Source of the DNA: Deltaproteobacteria bacterium CG03_land_8_20_14_0_80_45_14
Lineage (GTDB): Bacteria; Desulfobacterota; BSN033; UBA1163
Assembly: GCA_002780715.1 (NCBI GenBank)
Contig: PEUO01000148.1
Span: 1-50,863 of the forward strand
Length of the DNA stretch: 50,863 nucleotides
Reading direction: 5' to 3'
Shown: positions 1 through 8,695 of the stretch, in pieces
Layout: each line of letters starts with the position of its first letter
Numbering within the stretch: position 1 is the first letter of the stretch
Position numbers and translations under genes: made by a program
Notes under the pieces: generated by a model
Told to the model about the DNA's origin: nothing
The model's input: only the letters and a program-made list of their open reading frames with translations
Databases searched by the model: none

Positions 1-71
1 TCTACATCTTCCATGGGTTCACTCCTTTCTCCCTCTCAGGAGTGTCACCCATTTTACCCTTCTTCTTTATC

Positions 72-227
72 TCATGATCTGGTAGTTAGCGCACACAGAT
101 TTGAAAAAATATCATAAAATGCTTTAGAACCTACGGTTCCCTGCGATATGCCACAGCCAACATCGATAATCCTGGCAATCTGGTTTCGGGCATAATGATG
201 GGTGGTCTCATGAGAAATATCCGACAT
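72..227 (-). pseudogene. Possible N-terminal fragment of a class I SAM-dependent methyltransferase (51-aa ORF)
   Basis: Minus-strand ATG(227)..TGA(72): MSDISHETTHHYARNQIARIIDVGCGISQGTV... IIDVGCG resembles SAM-MTase motif I, but the ORF stops ~25 aa later. No clear SD. Confidence 0.25.
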
Positions 228-308
228 GAACTTGCACTCAAAGCATACTACTGGTTTCGGTTTAGATGCCCCAGAATCGTTACACCGGAAAGTTAATGTG
301 CGCTTTGC

Positions 309-743
309 TCAGTCAACTAAAGGATTTCGGACAGTTAACCCTGGAAAACGGTTGAAGTCTCTGTCAATTGTCCACAATTCACTCACTCCATGTTGTTGGC
401 ACAAAGCGGCTACTCGCGCATCATGCACCTGTGGACCCGATACACGTCCAGTCTGAAGGATGGAGCGAAGTTGAGGCCAATAGTCCTCTGATTCCGAAAG
501 CAGGACAAGATTCGGAGATTCAAGCCAGGCCTCGACCTGGTCGATAGCCTTTTCCAGAGGTGTGGGAGGAGTATATATTCGAGGATGCGTCACAATGGAT
601 AGAAATTCGTGAATGCATGGCCATGGGATCGCCCAAGCTGCAGGACCCTCGGCCAGCTCGACAATACGAGCATAGGCGGCATTATGCCAGGGAGAATCTT
701 CCCGGTGGGCATAAACCAGGAGGTTGCTGTCGACAGCAATCAT
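309..743 (-). CDS. vapC: PIN-domain ribonuclease toxin, VapC family
   Basis: 144 aa. The N-terminus MIAVDSNLLVY carries the conserved acidic Asp, and the PIN-like C-terminal part reads ..TIDRDF. The ATG overlaps the upstream antitoxin stop by 4 nt (ATGA). Confidence 0.85.
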   Translation of the reverse strand: MIAVDSNLLVYAHREDSPWHNAAYARIVELAEGPAAWAIPWPCIHEFLSIVTHPRIYTPPTPLEKAIDQVEAWLESPNLVLLSESEDYWPQLRSILQTGRVSGPQVHDARVAALCQQHGVSELWTIDRDFNRFPGLTVRNPLVD

Positions 744-985
744 CCACCTCGCCCTTCATAACTGAGTTCACGAATTTGGTCCCAGGAAGCTCCTGCGAGA
801 GGAGACTGAAGGCCGTTTCCCTTGAAAGTAACCTTTCGAAGCCGGAAACCCTTTCGGCGTTTGCGGTCGGTGATAATTTTTCGAAGTCCTTCTTCGACAA
901 GGACCTTTAGGGTCGTTCGATCACGGTGGGCCACCTTTCTCGCTTCTTCAAAGAGACTATTAGGTATCTCTACGGTTGTTTTCAT
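740..985 (-). CDS. vapB: VapB-type antitoxin
   Basis: 81 aa directly upstream of the PIN gene and translationally coupled to it. The N-terminus MKTTVEIPNSLFEEARKVA is typical of VapB-family antitoxins. Confidence 0.75.
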   Translation of the reverse strand: MKTTVEIPNSLFEEARKVAHRDRTTLKVLVEEGLRKIITDRKRRKGFRLRKVTFKGNGLQSPLAGASWDQIRELSYEGRGG

Positions 986-991
986 ATATCT

Positions 992-1006
992 CTATATATC
1001 ATATAG
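992..1006 (-). promoter_or_regulatory. Candidate vapBC operator palindrome
   Basis: CTATAT-ATC-ATATAG is a perfect 6-bp inverted repeat beginning 7 nt upstream of the vapB start codon. The function is inferred only. Confidence 0.3.
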
Positions 1007-1119
1007 TATGGGAATATGTCAAATAAAAGATATTCTACGCTTGCAGGGCTCTTGAGGCATGGAGGCGGCTCCTGGGGGTAAAGAAACATTCTGTATTTCT
1101 TTTAAAACGACTCTCGGGT

Positions 1120-1425
1120 TTATCCTATCGCCGACATGGGAGTGACTTCTTTTTCGAGCCTGCCTTCAAGCATGTCCTCTGCCACATCCAATTCGTAGTC
1201 CATCTGTAAACCAAGCCAGAATTGCGGGGACATTTTGAAATACCGGGCAAGTCTCAAGGCAGTATCGGCGGTAATACCTCGCTTCCCCAGGACAATCTCA
1301 TTGATTCGCCTTGCAGGGACTCCTAATGCCAGGGCAAGCCTGTTCTGGCTGAGTCCCATCGGCTCCAAAAACTCTTTTTGCAGGATTTCCCCGGGATGAA
1401 TCGGATCAAGTTTCTTTGTTGCCAT
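1120..1425 (-). CDS. higA: HigA-family antitoxin (XRE-type HTH)
   Basis: 101 aa. QNRLALALGVPARRINEIVLGKRGITADTALRLARYF is the HigA/VapI-type HTH. AGGAG lies 7 nt before the ATG. The gene sits 13 nt downstream of higB. Confidence 0.85.
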   Translation of the reverse strand: MATKKLDPIHPGEILQKEFLEPMGLSQNRLALALGVPARRINEIVLGKRGITADTALRLARYFKMSPQFWLGLQMDYELDVAEDMLEGRLEKEVTPMSAIG

Positions 1426-1438
1426 TTTCTTCTCCTAT

Positions 1439-1720
1439 TCAGTGATAATCAACAATTTCCACTTGAAAAGCATCACTGTCGTGCCATTTGAAGCAAATTC
1501 TCCATTGGTCGTTGATTCTTATACTATGCTGCCCAAGCCTGTCTCCCTTGAGCTTATCCAGTCTGTTAGCTGGCGGAACCCTCAGATCATTCAAGTTTTC
1601 AGCACGATTTAACATTCTCAACTTTCTCAAAGCCGCTCGCTGCATCGTTTCGGGAAACCTTGAGGACCTCTGCCTTTTAAATATCTTTTCGGCCTCTTTA
1701 TCCTTAAAGGACCGTATCAT
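1439..1720 (-). CDS. higB: HigB-like toxin (RelE/ParE superfamily)
   Basis: 93 aa. Contains ..HSIRINDQWRICFKW..VEIVDYH, typical of plasmid-maintenance killer/HigB proteins. Toxin-first gene order as in higBA. Confidence 0.85.
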   Translation of the reverse strand: MIRSFKDKEAEKIFKRQRSSRFPETMQRAALRKLRMLNRAENLNDLRVPPANRLDKLKGDRLGQHSIRINDQWRICFKWHDSDAFQVEIVDYH

Positions 1721-1738
1721 ATTATTAAGTTACCACAA

Positions 1739-1762
1739 TTAACGTTTAACGTCAACCGTTAA
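1739..1762 (-). promoter_or_regulatory. Candidate higBA operator (near-palindrome)
   Basis: TTAACGTTTAACGTCAACCGTTAA is nearly identical to its own reverse complement. It lies 19 nt upstream of the higB ATG. Confidence 0.35.
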
Positions 1763-2022
1763 ATTTCTTGCAGGGTCGGACAAAGTTAAGCCACTAAAAT
1801 AACAGCAGAAATTTGAGAATAGGGGCCTGATTTTTGGCTTGGAGCGGCATTTGGGGGGGGAAAATGACGTTGTTAAGCTCCTGATTCATGGAAAATGATT
1901 CTATTTATTCGGTCATACGCGCCATGGACTTAGCGCCTCGCGGGTCACTTTGAAGACGTATCCTTCTGCCTGATCTTTCTAGATCCGTCCGAGGCAAACC
2001 CATCGATACGCTCAGGGCAAGC

Positions 2023-2247
2023 TCACTTCCGTTGTGAGGAGGCTTTGGCGATTAGCTCCAGTTTTTTCTTTCTTGCCCACCCTTTGAGCGCTCTCTCCCT
2101 TTTGAGGGCGTCAGCTTTTGAAATGGGGCCTTCATAGTACAATGGGGCTGGCTGCCCGTGTTGTCTCATTCTGTTTTCCAAATCGGTGGTGATCCCGACA
2201 TAAAGTCCCGTCTTCTTCTCAACGATGTAGACCCACCAGTTGTCCAT
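2023..2247 (-). CDS. Small GIY-YIG nuclease-superfamily protein
   Basis: WVYIVEKKTGLYVGITTDLENRMRQH matches the GIY-YIG core. The ATG at 2247 is preceded by GGAGG (4-nt spacer). The longer GTG start at 2292 is less likely. Confidence 0.8.
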   Translation of the reverse strand: MDNWWVYIVEKKTGLYVGITTDLENRMRQHGQPAPLYYEGPISKADALKRERALKGWARKKKLELIAKASSQRK

Positions 2248-2297
2248 GAGGCCTCCACACAACAAACTCATAACGGGCAGGACTTCCCTCACGAAGG

Positions 2298-2333
2298 GAG
2301 CTTGTCCTGAGAAAATTGGAGGAGGACAAGCTC
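2298..2333. repeat. Perfect 11-bp stem hairpin upstream of the GIY-YIG gene
   Basis: GAGCTTGTCCT (2298-2308) pairs with AGGACAAGCTC (2323-2333) across a 14-nt loop. Confidence 0.6.
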
Positions 2334-2360
2334 ACAAAGGTTCTCGTCTGCGCAAGAGAT

Positions 2361-2396
2361 CAAAAATTTCAAAGGGGACCATTGAGGTCCCCTTTG
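2361..2396 (-). terminator. Intrinsic terminator after tRNA-Asn
   Basis: AAAGGGGACC / GGTCCCCTTT is a 10-bp stem (2371-2395). On the minus strand it is followed by GAAATTTTT. Confidence 0.7.
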
Positions 2397-2402
2397 AAAT
2401 TT

Positions 2403-2479
2403 TGGCTCCCCGGGCAGGACTCGAACCTGCAACCTAGTGGTTAACAGCCACCCGCTACTACCGGTTGAGCTACCGGGGA
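2403..2479 (-). tRNA. tRNA-Asn (anticodon GTT)
   Basis: 77-nt cloverleaf. Acceptor TCCCCGG/CCGGGGA, anticodon arm GGTGG-CTGTTAA-CCACT, T arm GCAGG-TTCGAGT-CCTGC, discriminator G, encoded CCA. Confidence 0.9.
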
Positions 2480-2604
2480 ACCGAGGAATTGTTCTATTTT
2501 TAATTTCCTGCTCCTACCGGTTGCTTGTCTATCACCAAGCAGAAGCTATCAAGAATTCAATCTATTCTAATTAAAAATATTAAAAATAACAAATAAAAAT
2601 GATG

Positions 2605-3387
2605 TCATTCATGAATCTCCACCTTCTCCTCAGCAGGGACAGGCTCAATTCTCTTCAAAGCTCTCTTTTTTTGCCATGCCATCAACATACCCACCGGACC
2701 TGAGAAGACGTAGGCGAGGACGAATCCAAAGAGCACAATCCTTGGTTCCATCACGATGACGATCATCGAGAGCACGACGAACATAAAGGTACTAAAAGGT
2801 TTTCGCTTAGCCAGGCCGAGTTCTTTAAAACTGAAATACCGGATGTTCGATACCATCAAAAAGGCCAGGACATAAATCATCACCAGAATGACAATATCCT
2901 TGACCCAATCCGTCTCGATCAATCGGAGATAAAGAAGGATGGTCAATGCAATCATTGAAGCCGCAGCCGGGATGGGAAGGCCCTTGAAATATTTTACTTC
3001 TCCAGAGGAAGACTGGACATTAAATCGGGCCAACCTCAAAGCCCCGCAGACGACGAAAAGGAAGGCTGCCAGCCAGCCGAATTTTCCATATTCCCTCAAG
3101 GCCCAACTAAAGGCGAGCAGGGCCGGCGCAATCCCGAAGGAAACCAGGTCTGCCAAGGAATCATACTGGACTCCGAATTTGGAGGTGGCCCCCGAAAGGC
3201 GGGCCACTTTACCATCCAAAATATCAAAGACACATGCCAAGAGAATGGCGACGGCAGCATAGAAAAATTTCTCTTGAAATACGGAGATAATAGCCCAAAA
3301 TCCACAAAAGAGGTTTCCTGTAGTGAAGAGATTGGGAAGGATGTAAATTCCTCTTCTTATTTTAATGGGTGTTCTTCTCTTTTTCAT
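2605..3387 (-). CDS. pssA: CDP-diacylglycerol--serine O-phosphatidyltransferase
   Basis: 260 aa, multi-TM. DILDGKVARLSGATSKFGVQYDSLAD fits the CDP-alcohol phosphatidyltransferase motif D-x2-DG-x2-AR-x8-G-x3-D-x3-D. Confidence 0.85.
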   Translation of the reverse strand: MKKRRTPIKIRRGIYILPNLFTTGNLFCGFWAIISVFQEKFFYAAVAILLACVFDILDGKVARLSGATSKFGVQYDSLADLVSFGIAPALLAFSWALREYGKFGWLAAFLFVVCGALRLARFNVQSSSGEVKYFKGLPIPAAASMIALTILLYLRLIETDWVKDIVILVMIYVLAFLMVSNIRYFSFKELGLAKRKPFSTFMFVVLSMIVIVMEPRIVLFGFVLAYVFSGPVGMLMAWQKKRALKRIEPVPAEEKVEIHE

Positions 3388-4031
3388 GCTCGATACCCGA
3401 TGATCGACTCCCCTCCCTTGACATGTTGTCCGACCCTGACAATGGGTTTGACTGCAGGGGGAAGGTAGAGGTCGACCCTCGATCCAAAGCGGATCAAGCC
3501 AAAGATTTCTCCCTTCCTCAAGGTATCGCCTGCCTTGGCATAGCAGACGATCCTTCTTGCCACGAAACCTGCAATCTGGATGAGGAGGATTTTCAACCGA
3601 TCCTCGGTTTCCAGGATCACAGCATTTTGCTCATTGAGGAGGGATGACTTCTCCACACTGGCCACCAGAAATCGGCCGGGGAGATAACTCCTTTCGAGAA
3701 CCTTTCCAGAGACAGGCGCCCGATTGAGGTGGACATCAAACAAAGACATAAAGATGCTTACCTTTAAAGTTTTCTCTTTTAAAAAACGGTCTTCCTCACA
3801 TTCCGCGACATGGATGACCCTGCCATCGGCCGGGGAAAGGATGATGTTCTGAAGGTTCGGAATTTCTCTCCTCGGATTCCTGAAAAAATAAGCGATGAAT
3901 AGAGACAGAAGTATTCCAAAAAACATCCAGACCTTCCCTCCCATGATTCCAACAATAAGAGTTAAAAGAACCATTGGAATTAAGAAAGGAAGCCCTTCTT
4001 TGGCAATGGGCCATTTATTATGTTCCATCAT
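3384..4031 (-). CDS. psd: Phosphatidylserine decarboxylase (short form)
   Basis: [10 protein letters not shown] and the FGSRVD self-cleavage region are present. There is a 4-nt overlap with pssA. The first ATG (4031) forms an ATGA overlap with the ilvC stop. A TTG at 4052 is an alternative start. Confidence 0.8.
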   Translation of the reverse strand: MMEHNKWPIAKEGLPFLIPMVLLTLIVGIMGGKVWMFFGILLSLFIAYFFRNPRREIPNLQNIILSPADGRVIHVAECEEDRFLKEKTLKVSIFMSLFDVHLNRAPVSGKVLERSYLPGRFLVASVEKSSLLNEQNAVILETEDRLKILLIQIAGFVARRIVCYAKAGDTLRKGEIFGLIRFGSRVDLYLPPAVKPIVRVGQHVKGGESIIGYRA

Positions 4032-5026
4032 TTTTTCTTCTCTTGAAGCCAACCCATCATGGACCGCAATTTTTTACCGACTTCTTCAATCGGATGCTCA
4101 GCCTCTTTCTTCCTCAAGGCGCTGAACATGGGTCGCCCCACCTGATTTTCCAAAATCCATTCCTTTGCAAAACTCCCCGTCTGTACTTCGTCGAGGATCT
4201 TCTTCATCTCTTTTCGTGTCTCTGAGGTGATGATTCGCTTGCCCCGTGTCAGGTCGCCGTATTCAGCCGTATCGCTAACGGAATAACGCATGAAAGACAT
4301 TCCTCCCTCATACATCAAATCCACGATAAGTTTCAATTCGTGAAGGCATTCGAAATAGGCGATCTCCGGCTGATAACCAGCTTCCACCAAGGTATCGAAG
4401 CCTGACTTGATCAGTTCGGATACCCCTCCACAGAGGACGGTTTGCTCTCCAAAGAGGTCCGTTTCCGTCTCCTCTTTGAAAGTGGTTTCAATCACACCGG
4501 CTCGAGTCGCACCGATCCCTTTAGCATAGGCCAGCGCTGTTTGCTTAGCCTTTTTCGAAAAATCTTGATGGATGGCGAGAAGGGATGGAACGCCGGCTCC
4601 CTTGACAAATTCTCTTCGGACTAAATGACCAGGACCTTTCGGGGCGATCATCACCACATCGATTTCTCTGGGAGGGACAATCTGGCCAAAATGGATATTG
4701 AATCCATGAGAGAACAAGAGGGTTTTTCCTTTTTTAAGATAAGGTTTCACATCCTGTTCATAGAGCTTCGCCTGGACATGATCCTGGGTAAGGATTTGAA
4801 TGACATCGGATTGTTTTGCTGCCTCTTCGGCAGTGACCGGTTTGAATCCGTCTCGAAGAGCGAACTGATAGTTTTCACTCCCCTCCCTTTGGGAGACAAT
4901 GACGTTAAGGCCGCTATCTCGAAGGTTTTGAGCCTGGGCATGGCCCTGGCTTCCGTAGCCGATAATAGCAATCTTTTTTCCTTTCAGATGGTTGAAATTC
5001 GCATCCTTGTCATAATAAATTTTCAT
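4028..5026 (-). CDS. ilvC: Ketol-acid reductoisomerase (class I)
   Basis: 332 aa. Contains [22 protein letters not shown] (Rossmann motif) and the KARI core. Confidence 0.95.
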   Translation of the reverse strand: MKIYYDKDANFNHLKGKKIAIIGYGSQGHAQAQNLRDSGLNVIVSQREGSENYQFALRDGFKPVTAEEAAKQSDVIQILTQDHVQAKLYEQDVKPYLKKGKTLLFSHGFNIHFGQIVPPREIDVVMIAPKGPGHLVRREFVKGAGVPSLLAIHQDFSKKAKQTALAYAKGIGATRAGVIETTFKEETETDLFGEQTVLCGGVSELIKSGFDTLVEAGYQPEIAYFECLHELKLIVDLMYEGGMSFMRYSVSDTAEYGDLTRGKRIITSETRKEMKKILDEVQTGSFAKEWILENQVGRPMFSALRKKEAEHPIEEVGKKLRSMMGWLQEKKK

Positions 5027-5071
5027 CCTTTGCTCCTTTTCCTTAGTTAGAAAAACTTCGTATCGGCCATA

Positions 5072-5572
5072 TTAACTTCCAGGTTCTGTTGTAATTTTGC
5101 TCCCCCTGATCATGGCCACACGGCCTGTCCTGACCAATTCCTTAATGCCGAGAGGCTTGAGGAGGGCGAGGAGGGCATTGATCTTTTTTTCGTCCCCCGT
5201 TACCTCAATTGTGTAGGTTTTAGCTCCCACATCGATCACCTTCCCCCTGAAGATATCGACCACCCTCAGGATTTCCTCCCGCGTCTCAGGAGTGGCTGAG
5301 ACTTTTACCAAAACCATCTCCCGTTCGACGAAGTCCTTTTCAATGAGATCCACGACCTTGATCACCGGGATCAATTTATTCAGTTGTTTAAGGACTTGTT
5401 CGAGGATCTGATCATCCCCGCGGGTGACGATGGTCATGGTCGAGACAGTGGGATCAAGGGTTTCAGCCACACACAGACTCTCGATGTTAAAACCCCTGCC
5501 GCTGAAGAGTCCTGCAATTCGGGTCAGGACGCCAAATTCATTTTCAACCAATAGAGTAATAACGTGACGCAT
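5072..5572 (-). CDS. ilvH: Acetolactate synthase small (regulatory) subunit
   Basis: ACT domain [33 protein letters not shown]. The start at 5572 fits the family N-terminus. The upstream ATG at 5608 lies inside a repeat element. Confidence 0.9.
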   Translation of the reverse strand: MRHVITLLVENEFGVLTRIAGLFSGRGFNIESLCVAETLDPTVSTMTIVTRGDDQILEQVLKQLNKLIPVIKVVDLIEKDFVEREMVLVKVSATPETREEILRVVDIFRGKVIDVGAKTYTIEVTGDEKKINALLALLKPLGIKELVRTGRVAMIRGSKITTEPGS

Positions 5573-5599
5573 AATCCCAAAGCTCCATGTTAGAGGATG

Positions 5600-5689
5600 G
5601 AGGAGCATTTCATTTGAGGAGCACTTTGTTTAAGGCAAAGTTCTTGCCTCAAGTGCAGCGGTCCTCTTACCTCAAGCGAAGCGATCCTC
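5600..5689. repeat. 16-nt periodic palindromic element (ilvB-ilvH spacer)
   Basis: Layout: GAGGAGCATTTCATTT GAGGAGCACTTTGTTT, then the AAGGCAA..TTGCCT hairpin, then CCTCAAGTGCAGCGGTCCTC..CCTCAAGCGAAGCGATCCTC. Same family and orientation as 7401-7492. Confidence 0.75.
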
Positions 5690-5699
5690 TAACGTTATT

Positions 5700-7388
5700 T
5701 CACACCAGCCTCATCTGGTTAAGCGGCTCTCCTGCCGGGACCATGGGATAGACATTCTCCTCTGGATCGACCACAAAATCGATAATCACAGGCTCGGGAA
5801 TTGAAAAAGCCTTCTTAAGTATGGGGATGACCTCTTCCGGTTTATTTGCCCTGAAGCCAACGGCTCCATATGCTTCCGCCAATTTGACAAAATCAGGAGA
5901 GGTTCCTTCCAGGCAAGATGATGCATACCTCTTCCCGTAGAAGAATTCCTGCCACTGTCTCACCATTCCGAGGTACCCATTGTTTAGGATGACCACCTTG
6001 ACCGGCATTTGATACTGAACGACAGTGGCCAGTTCCTGAGAGTTCATCTGGAAACTCCCATCGCCTGAAATATCAATGACCAGCTTGCTTGGATAGGCCG
6101 CCTGTGCACCCATGGCTGCAGGCAATCCATAACCCATCGTACCCAGTCCTCCCGAGGTGAGCAGGGTCCTCGGTTTGAGGAATGGGAAATACTGAGCCGT
6201 CCACATCTGGTTTTGTCCCACCTCGGTGGAGATGATGGCATCGCCCTTGGTCAGTTCATAAATCTTTTCGATGACGTATTGGGGTTTGATGATCTCTTTC
6301 TGGTCATAATCCATATTGTGGATTGCCTTGAATTTTTCGATTTGGCGATGCCATTTATCCAGCCCTGCTTTGAAGGAGGAAATATCCTCCTCATCAAAGA
6401 GGGGAAGAATCTTTGAGAGGATTCGTTTACAGTCCCCCACAATGGGAAGATCCACTCGCACATTTTTACTGATGGAAGTAGGATCAATATCAATATGAAT
6501 GATTTTTGCCTGGGGAGCAAAGGCCTCGATCTTCCCGGTCACCCGATCATCAAAACGAGATCCGATGGCGATGAGGAGATCAGACTCCATGACCGTCATA
6601 TTGGCCCAATAGGTTCCATGCATCCCCAACATGCCAAGAGAGAGAGGATGATTGCCTGGGAAGCTGCCCAATCCCATCAGGGTCATGGTAACAGGGATGC
6701 CCAACTTCTCGGAAAAAAGAGTGAGTTCCTTTGAAGCATTTGAAGAAATGATCCCGCCACCGACATAGAGAACGGGCTTTTTAGACTTCAATATGAGCTT
6801 TACAGCCCTCTGAATCTGGCCAAGATGTCCTTCATAAGTGGGCTGGTAACCACGGATAAAAACTTTTTCAGGATATTTGAATTCAGTGGAATTGACCAAG
6901 GTGTCTTTGGGAAGATCAATCAAAACCGGTCCAGGTCTTCCGCTTCGAGCCACGTAAAAGGCTTCCTTTAAGATTCGGGCTAAATCTTTGATATCCTTAA
7001 CAAGGTAGTTATGTTTGGTGCATGGCCTGGTGATGCCGATAATATCGGCTTCCTGAAAGGCATCGTTTCCGATCAGAAGAGTAGGGACCTGGCCGGTCAT
7101 GACAACGATTGGGATAGAGTCCATAAAGGCTGTGGCAATCCCTGTGACCGTATTGGTTGCCCCCGGCCCGGAGGTGACTATGACCACTCCCACCTTTCCT
7201 GTCGCCCGGGCATATCCATCTGCCGCATGGACCGCAGCTTGCTCATGTCGGACTAAGACCTGCCGGAATGGAGCGCCTTGAAGTTCATCGAAGAGAGGAA
7301 GGACGGCTCCGCCCGGGTAATTGAAAATGAGATCCACCCCTTCTTTCTTTAAACTTTCAATGATGATCTGAGAACCGGTCTTTTTCAT
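5700..7388 (-). CDS. ilvB: Acetolactate synthase large subunit (ThDP-dependent)
   Basis: The [28 protein letters not shown]-terminus and the GDGSFQMN ThDP motif are present. The 42-aa extension in the ORF track (to 7514) is a translation of the repeat element. Confidence 0.92.
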   Translation of the reverse strand: MKKTGSQIIIESLKKEGVDLIFNYPGGAVLPLFDELQGAPFRQVLVRHEQAAVHAADGYARATGKVGVVIVTSGPGATNTVTGIATAFMDSIPIVVMTGQVPTLLIGNDAFQEADIIGITRPCTKHNYLVKDIKDLARILKEAFYVARSGRPGPVLIDLPKDTLVNSTEFKYPEKVFIRGYQPTYEGHLGQIQRAVKLILKSKKPVLYVGGGIISSNASKELTLFSEKLGIPVTMTLMGLGSFPGNHPLSLGMLGMHGTYWANMTVMESDLLIAIGSRFDDRVTGKIEAFAPQAKIIHIDIDPTSISKNVRVDLPIVGDCKRILSKILPLFDEEDISSFKAGLDKWHRQIEKFKAIHNMDYDQKEIIKPQYVIEKIYELTKGDAIISTEVGQNQMWTAQYFPFLKPRTLLTSGGLGTMGYGLPAAMGAQAAYPSKLVIDISGDGSFQMNSQELATVVQYQMPVKVVILNNGYLGMVRQWQEFFYGKRYASSCLEGTSPDFVKLAEAYGAVGFRANKPEEVIPILKKAFSIPEPVIIDFVVDPEENVYPMVPAGEPLNQMRLV

Positions 7389-7400
7389 AAAAAATTGAAG

Positions 7401-7492
7401 GAGGAGCGTTTCACTTGAGGATCGCTTCACTTGAGGATCGCTTCGCTTGAGGCTCAAGGCAAAAAATATGTTGCCTCCAACCTCAAGTCCCC
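7401..7492. repeat. 16-nt tandem repeat plus hairpin element upstream of ilvB
   Basis: GAGGAGCGTTTCACTT / GAGGATCGCTTCACTT / GAGGATCGCTTCGCTT / GAGGCTC, then AAGGCAA-AAAATATG-TTGCCT, then CCAACCTCAAG. Confidence 0.8.
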
Positions 7493-7545
7493 TATGGAGT
7501 AGGCTTGCCGCCACTCCACAGGGGACGCTCCTCTATCCTCCATCT

Positions 7546-7764
7546 CTAACGGTATTGCGCCAAAATTTTTTCCATCTGGTCTTTAAGCGCCAGCTTTTTC
7601 TTCTTAATGATTTTTACCTCCATCTCATCCTGAGGAGTGAGAAAAGGCTTTTTTTCCAATTCTTCCAATTGTCTTGCGAGTTGACTGTGTGTTTGTTTGA
7701 CTTTTAAAAATTCTTCATTTTCTCTCATCAGTCTTTCAATCAACTCCTCTTCTTTGGTCGCCAT
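7546..7764 (-). CDS. DUF465/YdcH-like small coiled-coil protein
   Basis: 72 aa, charged coiled-coil (..LKVKQTHSQLARQLEELEKKPFLTPQDEMEVKIIKKKKLALKDQM). GGGGGA lies 5 nt before the ATG at 7764. Confidence 0.6.
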   Translation of the reverse strand: MATKEEELIERLMRENEEFLKVKQTHSQLARQLEELEKKPFLTPQDEMEVKIIKKKKLALKDQMEKILAQYR

Positions 7765-7907
7765 TTTATCCCCCATTCAGAAAATCGCAAAGCGCATAGA
7801 GCATAGCGTAACTTTCAAAAACTTAAAGATATTTTTGTGAGTAGTGGGTAACACCCCATCATAATGCATTAGTTTAACAAAAAAACCTAATATAATCAAG
7901 TTTGTTT

Positions 7908-7999
7908 GTCAACCCTTTCGACTGGCTCAGGGTTGACCCTGAGCGGCGCTTCTTTACCCCGTCTTCAAATGCGGGATTTGGCGCCGCCGAACGGGTCAA
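7908..7999. mobile_element. MITE-like element, copy 1
   Basis: The ends GTCAACCCTTTCGAC and CGAACGGGTCAA are inverted relative to each other. The core perfect palindrome is GCTCAGGGT-TG-ACCCTGAGC (7925-7944). The right end overlaps the tsaB stop codon. Confidence 0.5.
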
Positions 8000-8694
8000 T
8001 TGGAATGTGTCTCCTGCCATTTCATTTCAGCTTCTGAAGACCGAACGTAAAGAGGGGTGAAAGTTGACGGGTTTAAACTTTCTCCTTTTTGAAGAAGTTC
8101 AGACCCCAATTTTGCCACCATTGATCCATGTGAGACATGGAGAGGAGCAGGCGGGAGGATAGCCAAGGAGGGTAGGAAATTTAGGAGCAAGTCTCCATAA
8201 GTTTTTACTCCATCACCGAGGAAGATCGTTTGCTCTTTTATCTTTTCGACAAGGTCTTCTGGCCGAATGGCCTGATAATCAGATAGTCGCTTGAGGAACC
8301 TCCCTTCCTCATAACGATAAAAAGCAGTATAGACTTCCTTTTTCCTGGCATCGAGGATCGGACAGATGAGGTACGAGGTGGGTGCGATCTGAGAAGCCAA
8401 TACATCAAGGGTGGAGACTCCAGCCACAGGTTTTCCAGTGGCAAAGGTCAACCCTTTCACAGCGCTCACTCCGATTCTCAATCCTGTGAAAGAGCCTGGA
8501 CCGAGGGAGATCGCCCACCCGTCTATATCTTCAATGTTGCAGCGAGCTTCTTTGAGAACAAATTCGATTGCACCAAGGAGTCTTTCAGAATGGGTCACCG
8601 GGATCTTGAGGAGGTAATCAGAGATGACTTCTCCGTCATCAATCAATCCTACGCTTCCACACGATGTGGAGGTATCAATTCCCAGAACCTTCAT
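7996..8694 (-). CDS. tsaB: tRNA t6A biosynthesis protein TsaB (YeaZ)
   Basis: 232 aa. MKVLGIDTSTSCGSVGL.. N-terminus and GPGSFTGLRIG motif. Confidence 0.88.
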   Translation of the reverse strand: MKVLGIDTSTSCGSVGLIDDGEVISDYLLKIPVTHSERLLGAIEFVLKEARCNIEDIDGWAISLGPGSFTGLRIGVSAVKGLTFATGKPVAGVSTLDVLASQIAPTSYLICPILDARKKEVYTAFYRYEEGRFLKRLSDYQAIRPEDLVEKIKEQTIFLGDGVKTYGDLLLNFLPSLAILPPAPLHVSHGSMVAKLGSELLQKGESLNPSTFTPLYVRSSEAEMKWQETHSN

Positions 8695-8695
8695 C

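Noticed and set aside
1-14. Possible minus-strand gene start at the window edge (AAAGGAG SD, then an ATG at 12-14 reading leftwards: M-E-D-V..)
   Set aside because: Only 14 nt lie inside the window. This is too little to support a feature call.
7389-7514. N-terminal extensions offered by the ORF track for ilvB (to 7514), ilvH (to 5608), rpsB (to 16108), the UbiA-family gene (from 46064) and the 382-aa gene (from 46900)
   Set aside because: The extensions translate repeat elements or overlap upstream genes. Family-typical N-termini with better start contexts lie downstream.
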